In this document: piece after piece, positions 1 through 10,603 of the stretch
Position numbering within the stretch: position 1 is the stretch's first letter
Layout of the letters: every line of letters begins with the position of its first letter
Assembly (NCBI GenBank): GCA_015485355.1
Contig: WFTQ01000035.1
Location: 19,572 to 83,571 of the forward strand
Source: a bacterium
GTDB lineage: Bacteria; Calditrichota; Calditrichia; RBG-13-44-9; J042
Length of the DNA stretch: 64,000 nt
Reading direction: 5' to 3'
Notes under the pieces: generated by a model
Seen by the model: the letters and a program-made list of their open reading frames with translations, nothing else
Database searches by the model: none
What the model was told of the DNA's origin: nothing
Translations under genes and position numbers: made by a program

Positions 1-627
1 AATTCCCTGGTGTTTGCGCAAGTGATAGACGGATAACCCGGAAGACCGGAAATATTTTCGGGAAAAATGCAGGATATGATTCAGAAGATCGCTTTGCAAC
101 CAGCATTTTTCGATGTCGATGACCCGATCGAAATATCGGGGAACATGGAAACCCAGAGCAAAGTCTTTTTTCATCTCCGGTTGGTTTAATTCTTCCGGGG
201 TCAACCAGCGATTGCCAGAAAAAGAAAATTCCATTTTATTGCGATAACCATAAATCAGAGGAGAGGGAATGACATCATGAAGAACTTTCGGGCTGATTTT
301 TCCGATATGTTCCAGGGATTCCAGAACATGGGCCTTTTTAAATTCCAATTGAACGGCGTAAGGCAGGTTTTGCCACTTGCACCCGCCGCAGGTACCGAAA
401 TGCTTACAGGGTGCTTCCCGGCGAAGTGTAGAGGCCTCCAGAATTTCGACGGGGAAGGCTTCGGCATAGTGTTTTCTCACCTTGCGCAACCGTACGCGGA
501 CGCGATCGCCGGGCACGGTATTGTCCACCAGCACCACAAAGTCATCCATCCGGGCGATACCCTGCCCCCCAAAAGCCACTTTCTCGATGTTCAGCACGAT
601 TTCTTGTTTGCGTTTCAGTTTTTTCAT
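1..627 (-). CDS. rlmD: 23S rRNA (uracil-C5)-methyltransferase, RlmD/RumA family. The N-terminal part is present and the gene runs off the left edge of the window.
   Basis: Minus-strand frame that is not in the ORF track because it is truncated by the window edge. Start ATG at 627. Translation MKKLKRKQEIVLNIEKVAFGGQGIARMDDFVVLVDNTVPGDRVRVRLRKVRKHYAEAFPVEILEASTLRREAPCKHFGTCGGCKWQNLPY… gives a TRAM domain followed by the RumA-type Cys cluster (C-x5-C-x2-C). The listed plus-strand ORF 277..714 is antisense to this gene. Confidence 0.7.
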   Translation of the reverse strand, partial: MKKLKRKQEIVLNIEKVAFGGQGIARMDDFVVLVDNTVPGDRVRVRLRKVRKHYAEAFPVEILEASTLRREAPCKHFGTCGGCKWQNLPYAVQLEFKKAHVLESLEHIGKISPKVLHDVIPSPLIYGYRNKMEFSFSGNRWLTPEELNQPEMKKDFALGFHVPRYFDRVIDIEKCWLQSDLLNHILHFSRKYFRSSGLSVYHLRKHQGI

Positions 628-710
628 CAAAGAAAATTAGCGAATCGGCCATATCTTAGCAAGGAAAATCCTTCTCTTTGCCCCAGCGGCCATGCCCCCT
701 TGACGGTCCC

Positions 711-2159
711 TTAAAGATCGTTGTATACGCCGGCTTTGATTAAATTGGTCGTCTTCCCCGTGCCAAACGGGTATCCCGCGGTAATGACATAGGCCTCTCC
801 TTCCCGGAGCAGGGCTTCCTGATGGGCCATCTCCAGCGCCGATTGAAACAGGCGCGAGGTATGTTTTTTGTAAGGCAAATACCGGGGCCGTACCCCCCAC
901 AACAGCGCCAGTTTATAAAGTGTGGACTTCTCCGGCGTCAGGGCGTAGATGAGTGCCCGGGGACGAAAACGTGAGATCATTTGAGCGGTAAACCCACTGG
1001 TTGTGGGACAGATAATGATCCGGGAATTCAGATCCCGCGATAGTTGCACCACACTATGGGAGATGGACTCCGGAATCTGACGGGTTTGAGAGATGGCGAT
1101 TTCCATGTCCTGGTAATTGCGGTAAAAAGGAAAGTTTTTCTCCGTTTGAACGGCGATTCGAGCCATCATTTCCACGGCCTTTACCGGATATTTACCGATT
1201 GCTGTTTCATCCGACAGCATAATGGCATCGGTTCCATCTAAAATGGCGTTGGCAATGTCGGTGACTTCGGCGCGTGTGGGTCGGGGATTGTTGACCATGG
1301 AAAGCAGCATCTGGGTGGCCGTTATCACGGGTTTGCCGTGAAGATTGGATAACCGGATGATTTGTTTTTGTACCAGGGGAACTTCTTCCAGGGGAATTTC
1401 CACTCCCAGGTCTCCCCGGGCCACCATTATCCCATCGGCAGCCTGCACAATTTCCAGAAAGTTTTTTACCGCTTCATGTTTTTCAATTTTGGCATACAAA
1501 GGCACCGGCCGATGCATCTCCCGGCACACCCGGCGGGCCTCTTCAATATCTTGCACGGTGCGAACAAAGGACAGGGCCACAGCATCCACACCGTGTTCCA
1601 GCCCGAATGTTAAATCCCTGCGGTCTTTTTCCGTCAAAGCGGGAAGATGAAAACTGCCTTCGGGGTAATTGATGCCCTTGTGGGACCCCAATTCCCCGCC
1701 CACCAGCACCTCGGCCGCCACCCGGGGAGCCTGAACCTGGACAATTTTTAATTCGATCGCACCATCCGCCAGCAGCAGCCGGGTATGGGGCCGCACGTCC
1801 CGGGCAAACCCCGGATAAGTCACCGGGATTTCCCGGCCATCCGAAATCTGCAGGGCCGCATTCAACACCACCCGTTCCCCTTCGTGAAGGTGCACCCGGC
1901 CCCCGGTCAGACTGCCTACCCGAATTTTCGGACCGCTTAAGTCCTGTAAAATAGCGACCGCCCGCCCTTGTGCTTTGCGCTCTTGCCGAATCCAGCGGAT
2001 AAATCGGGCGTGCTCTCGGTAAGTGCCGTGAGAAAAATTCAACCGAAAAGCATCCACGCCGGCCCGAATCAACGCCGCTATGCGATCCCGCGAGGCGGTG
2101 GCCGGTCCCACAGTAACCACAATTTTGGTACGCTTAAACGCCATGCTCACCTCTTCCAC
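711..2159 (-). CDS. pyk: pyruvate kinase
   Basis: 482 aa. The N-terminus KIVVTVGPATASRDRIAALIRAGVDAFRLNFSHG is the canonical pyruvate kinase start, and the rest reads as PK barrel and C-terminal domain. The true start may be the internal Met at 2144 (MAFKRTK…). Confidence 0.92.
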   Translation of the reverse strand: MEEVSMAFKRTKIVVTVGPATASRDRIAALIRAGVDAFRLNFSHGTYREHARFIRWIRQERKAQGRAVAILQDLSGPKIRVGSLTGGRVHLHEGERVVLNAALQISDGREIPVTYPGFARDVRPHTRLLLADGAIELKIVQVQAPRVAAEVLVGGELGSHKGINYPEGSFHLPALTEKDRRDLTFGLEHGVDAVALSFVRTVQDIEEARRVCREMHRPVPLYAKIEKHEAVKNFLEIVQAADGIMVARGDLGVEIPLEEVPLVQKQIIRLSNLHGKPVITATQMLLSMVNNPRPTRAEVTDIANAILDGTDAIMLSDETAIGKYPVKAVEMMARIAVQTEKNFPFYRNYQDMEIAISQTRQIPESISHSVVQLSRDLNSRIIICPTTSGFTAQMISRFRPRALIYALTPEKSTLYKLALLWGVRPRYLPYKKHTSRLFQSALEMAHQEALLREGEAYVITAGYPFGTGKTTNLIKAGVYNDL

Positions 2160-2549
2160 TCTTCCGCCGACAGGCTATCGGACGCATCTCCTCCATCATC
2201 CGAATCGATCGATGCCCATGACTCTTGTACCCGCCTACCAGCGCCGTTTCGCCGAACAGATGAATTTAAACAACCCAGGGGGAATTTCACAAAACTTTTC
2301 TATTGAATGCGACCCAATCGGCACGTCCCGATCTGTTTATGCCCTTGACCCAACGGCGGTCGTTTGCATGCACCCAAGGCGTGGTTTTTATCGGATGATT
2401 CCAGGGATACAGGAAGTTTGAACCGCCAAGCGTCGGACGATACGCCTCTCCCGGCGCCTCCCCCTCCGCTTTGTCTTCCGCCTCCACACCCAGTAAGTCC
2501 GCCGACAACGTCTGCACGCTTTGCAGGATCGCACCCGCGCAAAACCATC

Positions 2550-2645
2550 CAAAATTGCGGCCGCCGCTCTTTTCAGTCCCGCCGAGCTGCCTCCTTCCGG
2601 GCCCGGGACGTCATCGGATTCGCTCCGGTGCGCAAAGCGTCCCAA
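2550..2645 (-). ncRNA. ffs: Signal recognition particle RNA (4.5S, small bacterial SRP RNA). Candidate only; the ends are approximate.
   Basis: The minus strand reads …GACGUCCCGGGCCCGGAAGGAGGCAGCUCGGCGGGACUG…. This is 16 of 19 identical to the universal domain-IV core AGGUCCGGAAGGAAGCAGC, including the GGAA tetraloop and the flanking xGG/yCC pattern. Flanking UUGCG…CGCAA and GUCCCG…CGGGAC segments can form the long imperfect hairpin. It lies in an 870-bp gap with no protein-like ORF. Confidence 0.5.
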
Positions 2646-3027
2646 CGGTTACCCAACGGGCTGTTGTCGCAGAACCCGCTGTACGGCCTACGAAACGCCC
2701 GTTGATCAATAACGCCGATTATTTGCAATCCGGCCCCACTCAGAAGATTCAAAGCAATTGCCTTCTCGGCTGCCGGAAGGGAAATCCCACTCCCACCACC
2801 CGCCACGATAGAATCCGCTTGAACCCATCATCATCTTTTTTTCGCCTACCGTTTTTTCAATCGGTTGTTCTTCTCAATGCCAGGGACAGGTCAATCCCTC
2901 CGGTCTCCATTGCGGAACGGGCACCTCGGGGGAAATACCGGGAAGGCATTGCCCGAAAAACGTTGGAACAAGCCTTCCACGATCAGGGAACATTCATCGA
3001 TTGACCCAAAGGGTTTAAATGGAGGGA

Positions 3028-3936
3028 TTAAAAATTAAATTCCATATTCTCCGAGGCCATATACGTTTCCGGGAAAATTTCTCGTGCTTTCATTTCGAGG
3101 TCGGAGAGTTCCGCATCATCGTGTTTTGGATCGTGATGGAACAGGAGCAGTTTCTTCACCTCGGCTTTTTTTGCGATCTCGCAGGCCATTTCGTAGGTAC
3201 TATGGCCAAATCCCTGAAACATCTCGTATTCGCGCAAAGTATACTGGGCATCATGAATCAAAATGTCCGCCCCCCGGGCGAAATTGATCATTCTCTGATC
3301 TCCACCGATAAAGCCTTCCACATCCGTGGCAAACACCACCGAGTGATGATTCTGGAATTCCACTTTATAGATGTAGGTTCCCCCTTTGGGATGGGTATAG
3401 TTGCGGATGCAAGAGATCTTTCCGATCCAGTTTTTCACCGCGGGGGCTTCGGTAACATGAACAATCTGGAATTCGTTTTCCAGAAAATAGACCACCCGAT
3501 TTTCCGCCAGGTCGTGAAAGACTTTGCGGGAGGGCAATTCATTCAGGGTTACCGGAAACAGTGCCGGACTCATTAACATTTCCAGAGAATCCTTTAAAGA
3601 GTAAACCAATATCTTGGGGGAGATCAGATGCAGCTCTGTCTGCGGGATATAGATCATGGCAAAATACGGAAACCCCATCAGATGATCGATATGGAGATGA
3701 GTGAAGAAGATATGCACCTTCCACAAGTTTTGGTGGGAGTTTCCGTTTCGAATTTCCTTTAACAAATCGTTGCCCAGATTGATAATACCGGTACCGGCGT
3801 CGAACACAACCAGATGTTTACCAATGTCGAAGCGAATACAGGTGGTGTTCACCCCAAAATGAGTTGCAAATCCGTTGGTTGGTGGATAACTGCCTCTCAC
3901 CCCATAAATTTTCATTCGGAACGCTGCTTTCGGCAT
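3028..3936 (-). CDS. MBL-fold metallo-hydrolase (metallo-beta-lactamase superfamily)
   Basis: 302 aa with the HxHxDH motif (THLHIDHLMG) and downstream His/Asp ligands. An RBS (AGAGGA) sits 6 nt before the first ATG. Confidence 0.8.
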   Translation of the reverse strand: MPKAAFRMKIYGVRGSYPPTNGFATHFGVNTTCIRFDIGKHLVVFDAGTGIINLGNDLLKEIRNGNSHQNLWKVHIFFTHLHIDHLMGFPYFAMIYIPQTELHLISPKILVYSLKDSLEMLMSPALFPVTLNELPSRKVFHDLAENRVVYFLENEFQIVHVTEAPAVKNWIGKISCIRNYTHPKGGTYIYKVEFQNHHSVVFATDVEGFIGGDQRMINFARGADILIHDAQYTLREYEMFQGFGHSTYEMACEIAKKAEVKKLLLFHHDPKHDDAELSDLEMKAREIFPETYMASENMEFNF

Positions 3937-3951
3937 GTTCTATCCTCTTGG

Positions 3952-4503
3952 TTAAGATTGGCGGGATTCTAATTTTTTGATTTCGTCGCGGATTTTAGCG
4001 GCCCGTTCATATTCCTCTTTTTCCACCGCCTCCTGGAGTTCTTTTTTCAATTGTTCCAGACGATTTTGTTTCAGGTCGATGGGGGTTTCGTCCAACTCCT
4101 GCATTTCATCGGGGGTATAGGCACCTTTGCGCATGACTTCTTCTTCGACGTATATGGGGATGTTCTGACGAACAGCCAGGGCAATGGCATCGCTGGGACG
4201 GGCATCGATTTCATACAGCTTCATTTTTCGGCGAATCTGGATAATGGCATAATAGGTGTTATTACGCAGATCGGTGACGATGACACGCTCAATCTGACCA
4301 CCCAGAGACTCGATGATTCGCAGGGTTAAATCGTGGGTAATGGGACGAGGGGGTTTAATATTTTCCAATCCCAGGGCAATGGACTGGGCTTCATATTCTC
4401 CGATGATAATGGGGAGGGTGCGTTCGCCGTGAATCTCTTTCAGAATCACACCGCTGGCCTGCGATTGGGTTAAAAACAAGCCGTTAATTTTTACTTCGAT
4501 CAT
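3952..4503 (-). CDS. bifunctional nuclease (BFN/DUF151) domain protein with a C-terminal UVR motif
   Basis: 183 aa. The BFN-like core is followed by …EEYERAAKIRDEIKKLESRQS, a UvrB/UvrC-type UVR motif. Confidence 0.65.
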   Translation of the reverse strand: MIEVKINGLFLTQSQASGVILKEIHGERTLPIIIGEYEAQSIALGLENIKPPRPITHDLTLRIIESLGGQIERVIVTDLRNNTYYAIIQIRRKMKLYEIDARPSDAIALAVRQNIPIYVEEEVMRKGAYTPDEMQELDETPIDLKQNRLEQLKKELQEAVEKEEYERAAKIRDEIKKLESRQS

Positions 4504-4742
4504 AATCCCCTCAAAATCTGTTTACATATTTCTTTTTTCTTTTCGGATTTTTTTTTCCAAACTCAAACAAGTCATCCATCTTTATAAAACTTAAATCCCT
4601 TAAAATTAGTAAGTTTGACAAAATTTAAATATGATTACCATCAATTTCAATAAATTTCCCCCTGCTACGGCATTTTGTATGCCCGACGCTCAGATCAATC
4701 CTTAAACGATCCACCGGGACAATTGGTTTAACATCCACTGCC

Positions 4743-5822
4743 TCAGGCCTCCACCAGCAGGGCGTTGCGAATGCGCCATTCCAGTATCTGTAAATGGCGA
4801 TCAAACGGTTCGACGGCATCTACCCGGAGTCGATTCACGGCGAGGGTTAAAAAGCGAAGCTCGTCCATATGACGCAACGACTTCCCTTTAAAAAAATACC
4901 GACCGGCCTGAATAAACACTTCCGAAGGGATAAAACCAAATATCTGGCTCCCGATTAGTTTTATTCCGATACGGTTAAACGCCTTTTCCAGCAATTCGTA
5001 GACTTCGTGCAAGGGTGCCTGTTGATAATTTTTGATCTTACACATTATGCGAACCATCCGCTGATGGGAAACCAGATCCACCATGGTCGATACCTGTTGC
5101 AGCATTTCCAGCTTTCGCATTTTAAACGGTTTCATGTCCAGTTCCGGGGAGGGGCTTTTCTCGCTCACACTCTCGAAGCGGGTAAAGGTTTTGGCGAATC
5201 GTTCCACCAGCTCCACCTCTTCGGTATCCAGGTAAATCGCAAAGGTCAGGTAAAACAAGCGGGAGCCGATCAGGGTAGCTCCCAGGCGGGGACAAAATTC
5301 CGCCGGTCCGAAATCGGGTGTCCATTCGGGTTGATGCAGGAGTTCGGGCAACTGTTCGTATTGAAAGCGGCGGAAAAACTGTATTTCCCGACGCTCCGGG
5401 CGGGTGGCGGCCGCACCGAACAGGTAGATGGGAATGTTAAATTCTCTGCCCAGCTGCTCGCCCACATCCTGGGCCACCACGGTGGCCAGCGGTAAGTTGC
5501 GAAAGGTTAAAGGAATAACGGCCAGACTATCCAGCGCTCCCAACCGGGGATACGCCCCCTCGTGGTGTTGCATGTCCACGTTCTCTCGCACCGCCCGGGC
5601 GATGGTCAAAGCCGCGGGTTTAAGTTTATCCAACCGGATGGCCAGGGAAATCACCGTACGATTATAACGGGCATTGGGCTTGACCATCAACAAAATTCCA
5701 TCGGGAATGGCATCCACCTTACAAGCCACCGCATCAATCCGGCGGGGATCCTTCCCTTCCGAAAAATTCACGGTCAATACAAAAAATTCCTTCTGAATCT
5801 GTTTAACATCCAAAAGATGCAC
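4743..5822 (-). CDS. ftcD: glutamate formimidoyltransferase (FtcD N-terminal-domain type)
   Basis: 359 aa. Motifs VNFSEGKD (mammalian VPNFSEGK), YPRLGALDS (HPRMGALDV), EWTPDFGP (EWAPDFGP) and VNRLRVDAVEPF all align with the formiminotransferase domain of FTCD. Confidence 0.8.
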   Translation of the reverse strand: MHLLDVKQIQKEFFVLTVNFSEGKDPRRIDAVACKVDAIPDGILLMVKPNARYNRTVISLAIRLDKLKPAALTIARAVRENVDMQHHEGAYPRLGALDSLAVIPLTFRNLPLATVVAQDVGEQLGREFNIPIYLFGAAATRPERREIQFFRRFQYEQLPELLHQPEWTPDFGPAEFCPRLGATLIGSRLFYLTFAIYLDTEEVELVERFAKTFTRFESVSEKSPSPELDMKPFKMRKLEMLQQVSTMVDLVSHQRMVRIMCKIKNYQQAPLHEVYELLEKAFNRIGIKLIGSQIFGFIPSEVFIQAGRYFFKGKSLRHMDELRFLTLAVNRLRVDAVEPFDRHLQILEWRIRNALLVEA

Positions 5823-6130
5823 CTCGTGGGAAACGGATTTCAGTTAAGGCAAGACTTTGATGACCGCTCATCCGGGAACATTCGCTCCCCCAAGCGGGGA
5901 CCGCACTCCGGTCCGCCAACCGTAAGTGACCGCCCATCGCCTCGATCTTTCCCCAGATTCTCACCCCAACACTCCTTCGTTTACCCGACTTTTGCGGGAA
6001 CCCCGATCGTTTTCCAACAGGGTGTTGCGCTGTACCGTTTTCTTTCATGGGACAAGGATCATATATACAAAATTTTTCGATCGGATAAAACTAAAAACAC
6101 AGGATTTTACCCATCTCCCCCAATCGACAC

Positions 6131-7261
6131 CTATTTGCTTTCTTCCTTTAACGATTCATATAACTGCAAATATTGGGGAATGATCCGATTCACATGGAAA
6201 TGATCGAAGGCGTATTCCCGGGCGGTTCGGGATAACCGCTGCTTCAGATCCGGATTGTGCAAGATGGTTAACACATGTTCGCTCATGGCCTCCACGTCAC
6301 CCACTTCCGCGGTAAAGCCGGTGATCCCATCTTTCATGATTTCGGGTAGGCCCCCAACGCGGCTGGTCACACAGGGCACCCCACAGCTCATGGCCTCCAA
6401 AGCCGCCAGGCCGAAACTTTCCAGAGCGCTGGGCATGATGAAAACGTCCCCAATGGTTAAAAAGGGGTAAATGTTTTCTTGCTTACCCACAAAAATCACA
6501 TCGTGTTCCATTCCCAGCGCCCGGGCCCGCTGTTCCGCCAGGGATCGATCCGGACCGTCGCCGATGAACAGCACCTTTACGGCCACCTTACGCTTTACCC
6601 GAAGGGCGACCTCCAGCACATCCAGCACACGCTTTACGGGACGAAAATTGGACAAATGGACCAAAATGAATTCCCCTTCCGGCGCCAATCGTTCTTTCAA
6701 ATGCCCACAAACATGTTCCTGAAGGGGATGCTCCTCGATAAAATTATGAATCACATGGATCGGCAGTCGGGGTTCAAACGTCCGTCGGGTCTCTTCCTTT
6801 AAGAAGTGCGATACCGCCGTTACGGCATCGCTACGGTCGATTCCAAACCGGGTAATTCGCATAAACGATGGATCGACCCCGACCAAGGTGATGTCTGTAC
6901 CATGCAGGGTGGTAATAATTTTCAGGGCGTGCTGCTGAGCGATCATTTCCCGGGACAGATAAGCCGAAATGGCATGAGGGATGGCATAATGCACATGAAT
7001 CAGGTCCAATCGCTCATACACGGCGATATCCGCCATTTTGGTGGCCAGAGAAAGGGCATAGGGAGGATATTTGAAAAGGGGGTACTGAGGCACTTCCACT
7101 TCGTGGAAATAGATATTTTCCAGAAATTCGTTTAACCGAGAGGGGATGGCATAGGAGAAGAAATGGACTTCGTGGCCCCGCCGGGCCAGGTTTTTACCCA
7201 ATTCCGTGGCCACCACCCCACTGCCCCCATAGGTGGGATAACATGCAATACCGATCTTCAT
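6131..7261 (-). CDS. bshA: N-acetyl-alpha-D-glucosaminyl L-malate synthase BshA (GT4 glycosyltransferase, bacillithiol biosynthesis)
   Basis: 376 aa. [35 protein letters not shown]…HVHYAIPHA…TTLHGTDIT… follows the BshA N-terminus closely. GT4 EX7E region present. Confidence 0.8.
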   Translation of the reverse strand: MKIGIACYPTYGGSGVVATELGKNLARRGHEVHFFSYAIPSRLNEFLENIYFHEVEVPQYPLFKYPPYALSLATKMADIAVYERLDLIHVHYAIPHAISAYLSREMIAQQHALKIITTLHGTDITLVGVDPSFMRITRFGIDRSDAVTAVSHFLKEETRRTFEPRLPIHVIHNFIEEHPLQEHVCGHLKERLAPEGEFILVHLSNFRPVKRVLDVLEVALRVKRKVAVKVLFIGDGPDRSLAEQRARALGMEHDVIFVGKQENIYPFLTIGDVFIMPSALESFGLAALEAMSCGVPCVTSRVGGLPEIMKDGITGFTAEVGDVEAMSEHVLTILHNPDLKQRLSRTAREYAFDHFHVNRIIPQYLQLYESLKEESK

Positions 7262-8787
7262 TCTCTCTCAACGAGTTCTTGTGCCCGAATCACCCGATTT
7301 CGTCCAGAATATTTCGCCTGGTAAAGGGCCCGGTCCGCGGCGATCACCAGGTCCTCTACGGTCACCGCATCCCGCGGGAAGGTAGCGCTGCCCACGCTTA
7401 CGGTAAGCTTACCGTTCGGTTGGATTTCCTCTTTGTAAAAGGCGGTGCGTTCCACCTTGCTGCGGATCCGTTCGGCCAGGGAAAGGGCACCATCGATATC
7501 GGTGCCCGGCAAGATAATGGCGAACTCTTCCCCTCCGTAGCGAGCGACAATGTCGTTGTCACGCACCGATTTTCGGAAAATGGAGCTCAATTTTCTCAAC
7601 ACATCATCGCCGGCGGGATGGCCCAGCGTATCGTTATAATTCTTAAAATAATCCACATCCAAGATGAGCAACGATACCGGTGTTCCATCGCGCCGCGCCC
7701 GGGCGATTTCCTCCTTGATACGCAATCGGAAAAAACGGTAATTGTGCAAGCCGGTCATGCCGTCGGTGTAGGAAAGGGCCTTGATATGCTCATACATCTG
7801 GGCGTTGTGCAGCGCCACCGACAGCATATTGGTCAAGATCGCCAGGGTTTCCAGATTGTCTTCGTTATATTCCTGATTGCGGATGTTGGGCCCCAGGCAA
7901 ATCAAGCCCACGATCTCTTCATTACGGAACAAAGGAGACACCACTTCGATGCCCATGTTCTTTAAAACGGGAATAATCTCCTGAAACTCCCGATTCACAT
8001 CGCGTATCTGAAAAGGCTGTTTTAATAATTCCAAATAATGGATAAGTTTGTCATGCCGATAAATGACAAACTTCTGCAACTGATTCTGGGAAAACCCCTT
8101 CGATTCCACCACTTCAAAGACGTCATTATCCTCCAGACTCACCATCATCAACAGGGCACTCCGGGTGGTAAACAGGCCCAAAATGTTCAACAACGCCTGA
8201 TTGATCAATTGATTCAATTCCAGTTGTCCCATCACCCGGAAGCTGATTTCAAACAGATTATGAAAATCGTAAATTTTCTTTTGCAATTGCTTATTGGTTT
8301 CCACCAGCACGTGATTCAAGCGCCCGATCTGTTGGTTGGCTTCATCCAGTTCGGTAGTTTTTTGCACCAATCGATCCTGAAGGCGCTTCAACCGCAACAT
8401 ATTCTTGATGCGTGCGGTCAGTTCTTCAAATTCAAAAGGTTTGGTAATATAATCGTCGGCACCCGCTTCCAGAGCCGCCACCATTTCCTTGATCTCCTTC
8501 CGCGCCGTTACCACAATGATAGGAAGATAAGAATGGCGTTCCAGATTGCGAATGCGTCGGGTCGCACTGATGCCGTCCAAATTGGGCATCATCAAATCCA
8601 TCAAAACAAGATCCGGATCAATCTCATCAATTTTTTCGATAATTTTTTGGCTATCCAGGCAACCCTCCACCTGATAACCCTGACGAGTTAAATACGCCGA
8701 TATCAACTTGTGAACCGCCTCTTCATCATCGACTATCAATATGCGGGGTTTGCGGCGTAAACGAGAACCTTCCCGAGTCATAGACAA
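7258..8787 (-). CDS. response regulator with REC, GAF and GGDEF domains (diguanylate cyclase)
   Basis: 509 aa. The REC domain (ILIVDDEE…[10 protein letters not shown]…) is followed by a GAF-like region and GGDEF ([14 protein letters not shown]). Confidence 0.85.
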   Translation of the reverse strand: MSMTREGSRLRRKPRILIVDDEEAVHKLISAYLTRQGYQVEGCLDSQKIIEKIDEIDPDLVLMDLMMPNLDGISATRRIRNLERHSYLPIIVVTARKEIKEMVAALEAGADDYITKPFEFEELTARIKNMLRLKRLQDRLVQKTTELDEANQQIGRLNHVLVETNKQLQKKIYDFHNLFEISFRVMGQLELNQLINQALLNILGLFTTRSALLMMVSLEDNDVFEVVESKGFSQNQLQKFVIYRHDKLIHYLELLKQPFQIRDVNREFQEIIPVLKNMGIEVVSPLFRNEEIVGLICLGPNIRNQEYNEDNLETLAILTNMLSVALHNAQMYEHIKALSYTDGMTGLHNYRFFRLRIKEEIARARRDGTPVSLLILDVDYFKNYNDTLGHPAGDDVLRKLSSIFRKSVRDNDIVARYGGEEFAIILPGTDIDGALSLAERIRSKVERTAFYKEEIQPNGKLTVSVGSATFPRDAVTVEDLVIAADRALYQAKYSGRNRVIRAQELVERE

Positions 8788-9083
8788 CCCATCCCCAAAT
8801 TGGCTTAAAATATTAATTATGCTTTAAATATACGGACAAAATTTTTAAATTTTTAAGAATTTTTGGTTTTTTTAGTTTCGGAAATCCTATGGTAGTCATT
8901 ATAACGGAATACAGGAATGAACGATTTCACATTCCGGCTTTCTGTTTCTTTATGCTTTGCGATCCCCTTCTCCTGCTGCAAAAACGGTACATCGCCGGAG
9001 GAAGGTATTTCTCTCCCGGAAAAGAATTTCCGTTTTGCCCGGCACAGTCATCCCCTATTTGTAAGCGACGGTGCCACGGAAAA

Positions 9084-9147
9084 CGGGGGCTCATGGGGAC
9101 CGAAACCCGTGCCTGAATCGGCCTCGGAAACCCCCGCCCCTGTTTTT
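9084..9147 (+). promoter_or_regulatory. structured 5' leader with a terminator-like hairpin upstream of hisS (candidate attenuator)
   Basis: CGGGGG(9084-9089)…CCCCCG(9131-9136) can pair over a GC-rich interior, followed by CCCCUGUUUUU. It lies about 110 nt upstream of the hisS GTG start in a 470-bp leader. No clean T-box motif (AGGGUGGNACCGCG) was found. Confidence 0.3.
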
Positions 9148-9254
9148 AACGCCCCCTCCGGCGCAAGCCCGAAAAAATTTTATCTGTTGCTCTGAAACCC
9201 AAAAACCACCAAGTTTGAACCCTTTTGAATTGGAATGCAGAAAGGAGCAACGCT

Positions 9255-10580
9255 GTGGCGAAAAAGATTCAACCCCGTATTTACAAAGGTACCCGGGACT
9301 TTCTGCCCGAACAGATGGTGAAAAGGAATTACGTAATCGGGATCATAAAGGATGTTTTTGAACGATATGGGTTCGAACCTCTGGAAACTCCCACCATTGA
9401 GCTCTGGGAAACCCTTTCCGGGAAATACGGCGAGGAGGCCGATCGGTTAACCTATCGATTTACCGACCGCGGCAACCGGGAAGTCGGCTTACGATACGAT
9501 CTGACCGTTCCCTTGTCCCGGGTGGTGGCCATGTACCCTCAGCTCCCCAAACCTTTTAAACGCTACCAAATTCAACCGGTGTGGCGGGCAGACAAGCCCC
9601 AAAAGGGGCGCTTCCGGGAATTTTATCAATGCGATGTGGACATTGTGGGCAGTGCCTCGATGCTGGCGGATGCGGAGATCATCGCCATAATCTTCGAAAT
9701 TTTGAATGCCCTGTCGTTTCCCCAATTTATCATCCGGATCAATCACCGAAAGATCCTTTCCGGAATCACGGAAGTATCGGGTGCCGGGCTGGACAATGAA
9801 CTCCAGATCTGCCGGGCCATTGATAAAATGGACAAGATTGGTCTGGAAGGGGTCAAGCAGGAGCTTTTGCAACGCGCCATCCCGGCTCCGGCGGTAGACC
9901 ACATCCTGGAGATGCTCTCCGTCGATGGAGATCATAAAGACCGGTTAGAAAAGACCGCCCAATATCTGAAAAACAGTTCCGTGGGCCGTCAGGGGATTCA
10001 GGAAATGCAAGAGCTTTTTCGATATCTGGAATGGTATCGGATACCGCAATCCTGTTTACAATTCGACCTATACCTGTCTCGGGGACTGGATTATTACACC
10101 GGCCCCATTTACGAGACGGTGGTGCGAAAACCACGCATCGGCAGCATCACCGGCGGAGGCCGTTATGACAATCTGATCGGCCTTTTCTCCGGCCAGGACT
10201 TTCCCGCCACGGGCACGACGATTGGACTGGAACGCATTATCACCGTCATGGAAGAACTGACCATGTTTCCTCCCCATTTGCGCACTCCGGTTCAGGTTCT
10301 GGTGACCGTGTTCGACGACGCCACACTCCCCTACTCCATCGAAATCGCCCGGGAATTGCGAGCGGCGGGGATCCGCACCGATCTCTACACCGGAAAATCG
10401 AAATTGCGCGGGCAATTCGGGTTAGCAAACGACAAAGGCATTCCTTTTGTCATCGTTGCCGGTCCCGATGAACAGCGGAACCATCGGGTCCAGGTGAAAA
10501 ATATGGCGACCGGGGAGCAACGCTCCCTTCCGCGTTCGGAATTGGTTGCCCGCTTACGGCACCTGCTTGCCCAACCATAG
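9255..10580 (+). CDS. hisS: histidine--tRNA ligase
   Basis: The ORF track starts at TTG 9225. I prefer GTG 9255, which is preceded by AAAGGAG with 7-nt spacing, giving VAKKIQPRIYKGTRDFLPEQ…. The class II HisRS motifs and a C-terminal anticodon-binding domain are present. Confidence 0.9.
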   Translation: MAKKIQPRIYKGTRDFLPEQMVKRNYVIGIIKDVFERYGFEPLETPTIELWETLSGKYGEEADRLTYRFTDRGNREVGLRYDLTVPLSRVVAMYPQLPKPFKRYQIQPVWRADKPQKGRFREFYQCDVDIVGSASMLADAEIIAIIFEILNALSFPQFIIRINHRKILSGITEVSGAGLDNELQICRAIDKMDKIGLEGVKQELLQRAIPAPAVDHILEMLSVDGDHKDRLEKTAQYLKNSSVGRQGIQEMQELFRYLEWYRIPQSCLQFDLYLSRGLDYYTGPIYETVVRKPRIGSITGGGRYDNLIGLFSGQDFPATGTTIGLERIITVMEELTMFPPHLRTPVQVLVTVFDDATLPYSIEIARELRAAGIRTDLYTGKSKLRGQFGLANDKGIPFVIVAGPDEQRNHRVQVKNMATGEQRSLPRSELVARLRHLLAQP

Positions 10581-10603
10581 CGGTCGCCCAAGGCGTGGGC
10601 GTG

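Noticed and set aside
277-714. 145-aa plus-strand ORF at the left end
   Set aside because: It is antisense to the clearly protein-like minus-strand rlmD/RumA reading frame (TRAM domain plus Cys cluster), and its own translation has no recognisable motifs.
2471-3004. 177-aa plus-strand ORF in the pyk–MBL gap
   Set aside because: Low-complexity Pro/Arg/Ser-rich translation with no motifs. The region is better explained as non-coding and contains the SRP RNA candidate.
9040-9100. T-box riboswitch upstream of hisS
   Set aside because: The nearest match, GGUGCCACGG, departs from the conserved AGGGUGGNACCGCG T-box sequence. I keep it only as a generic structured leader or attenuator.
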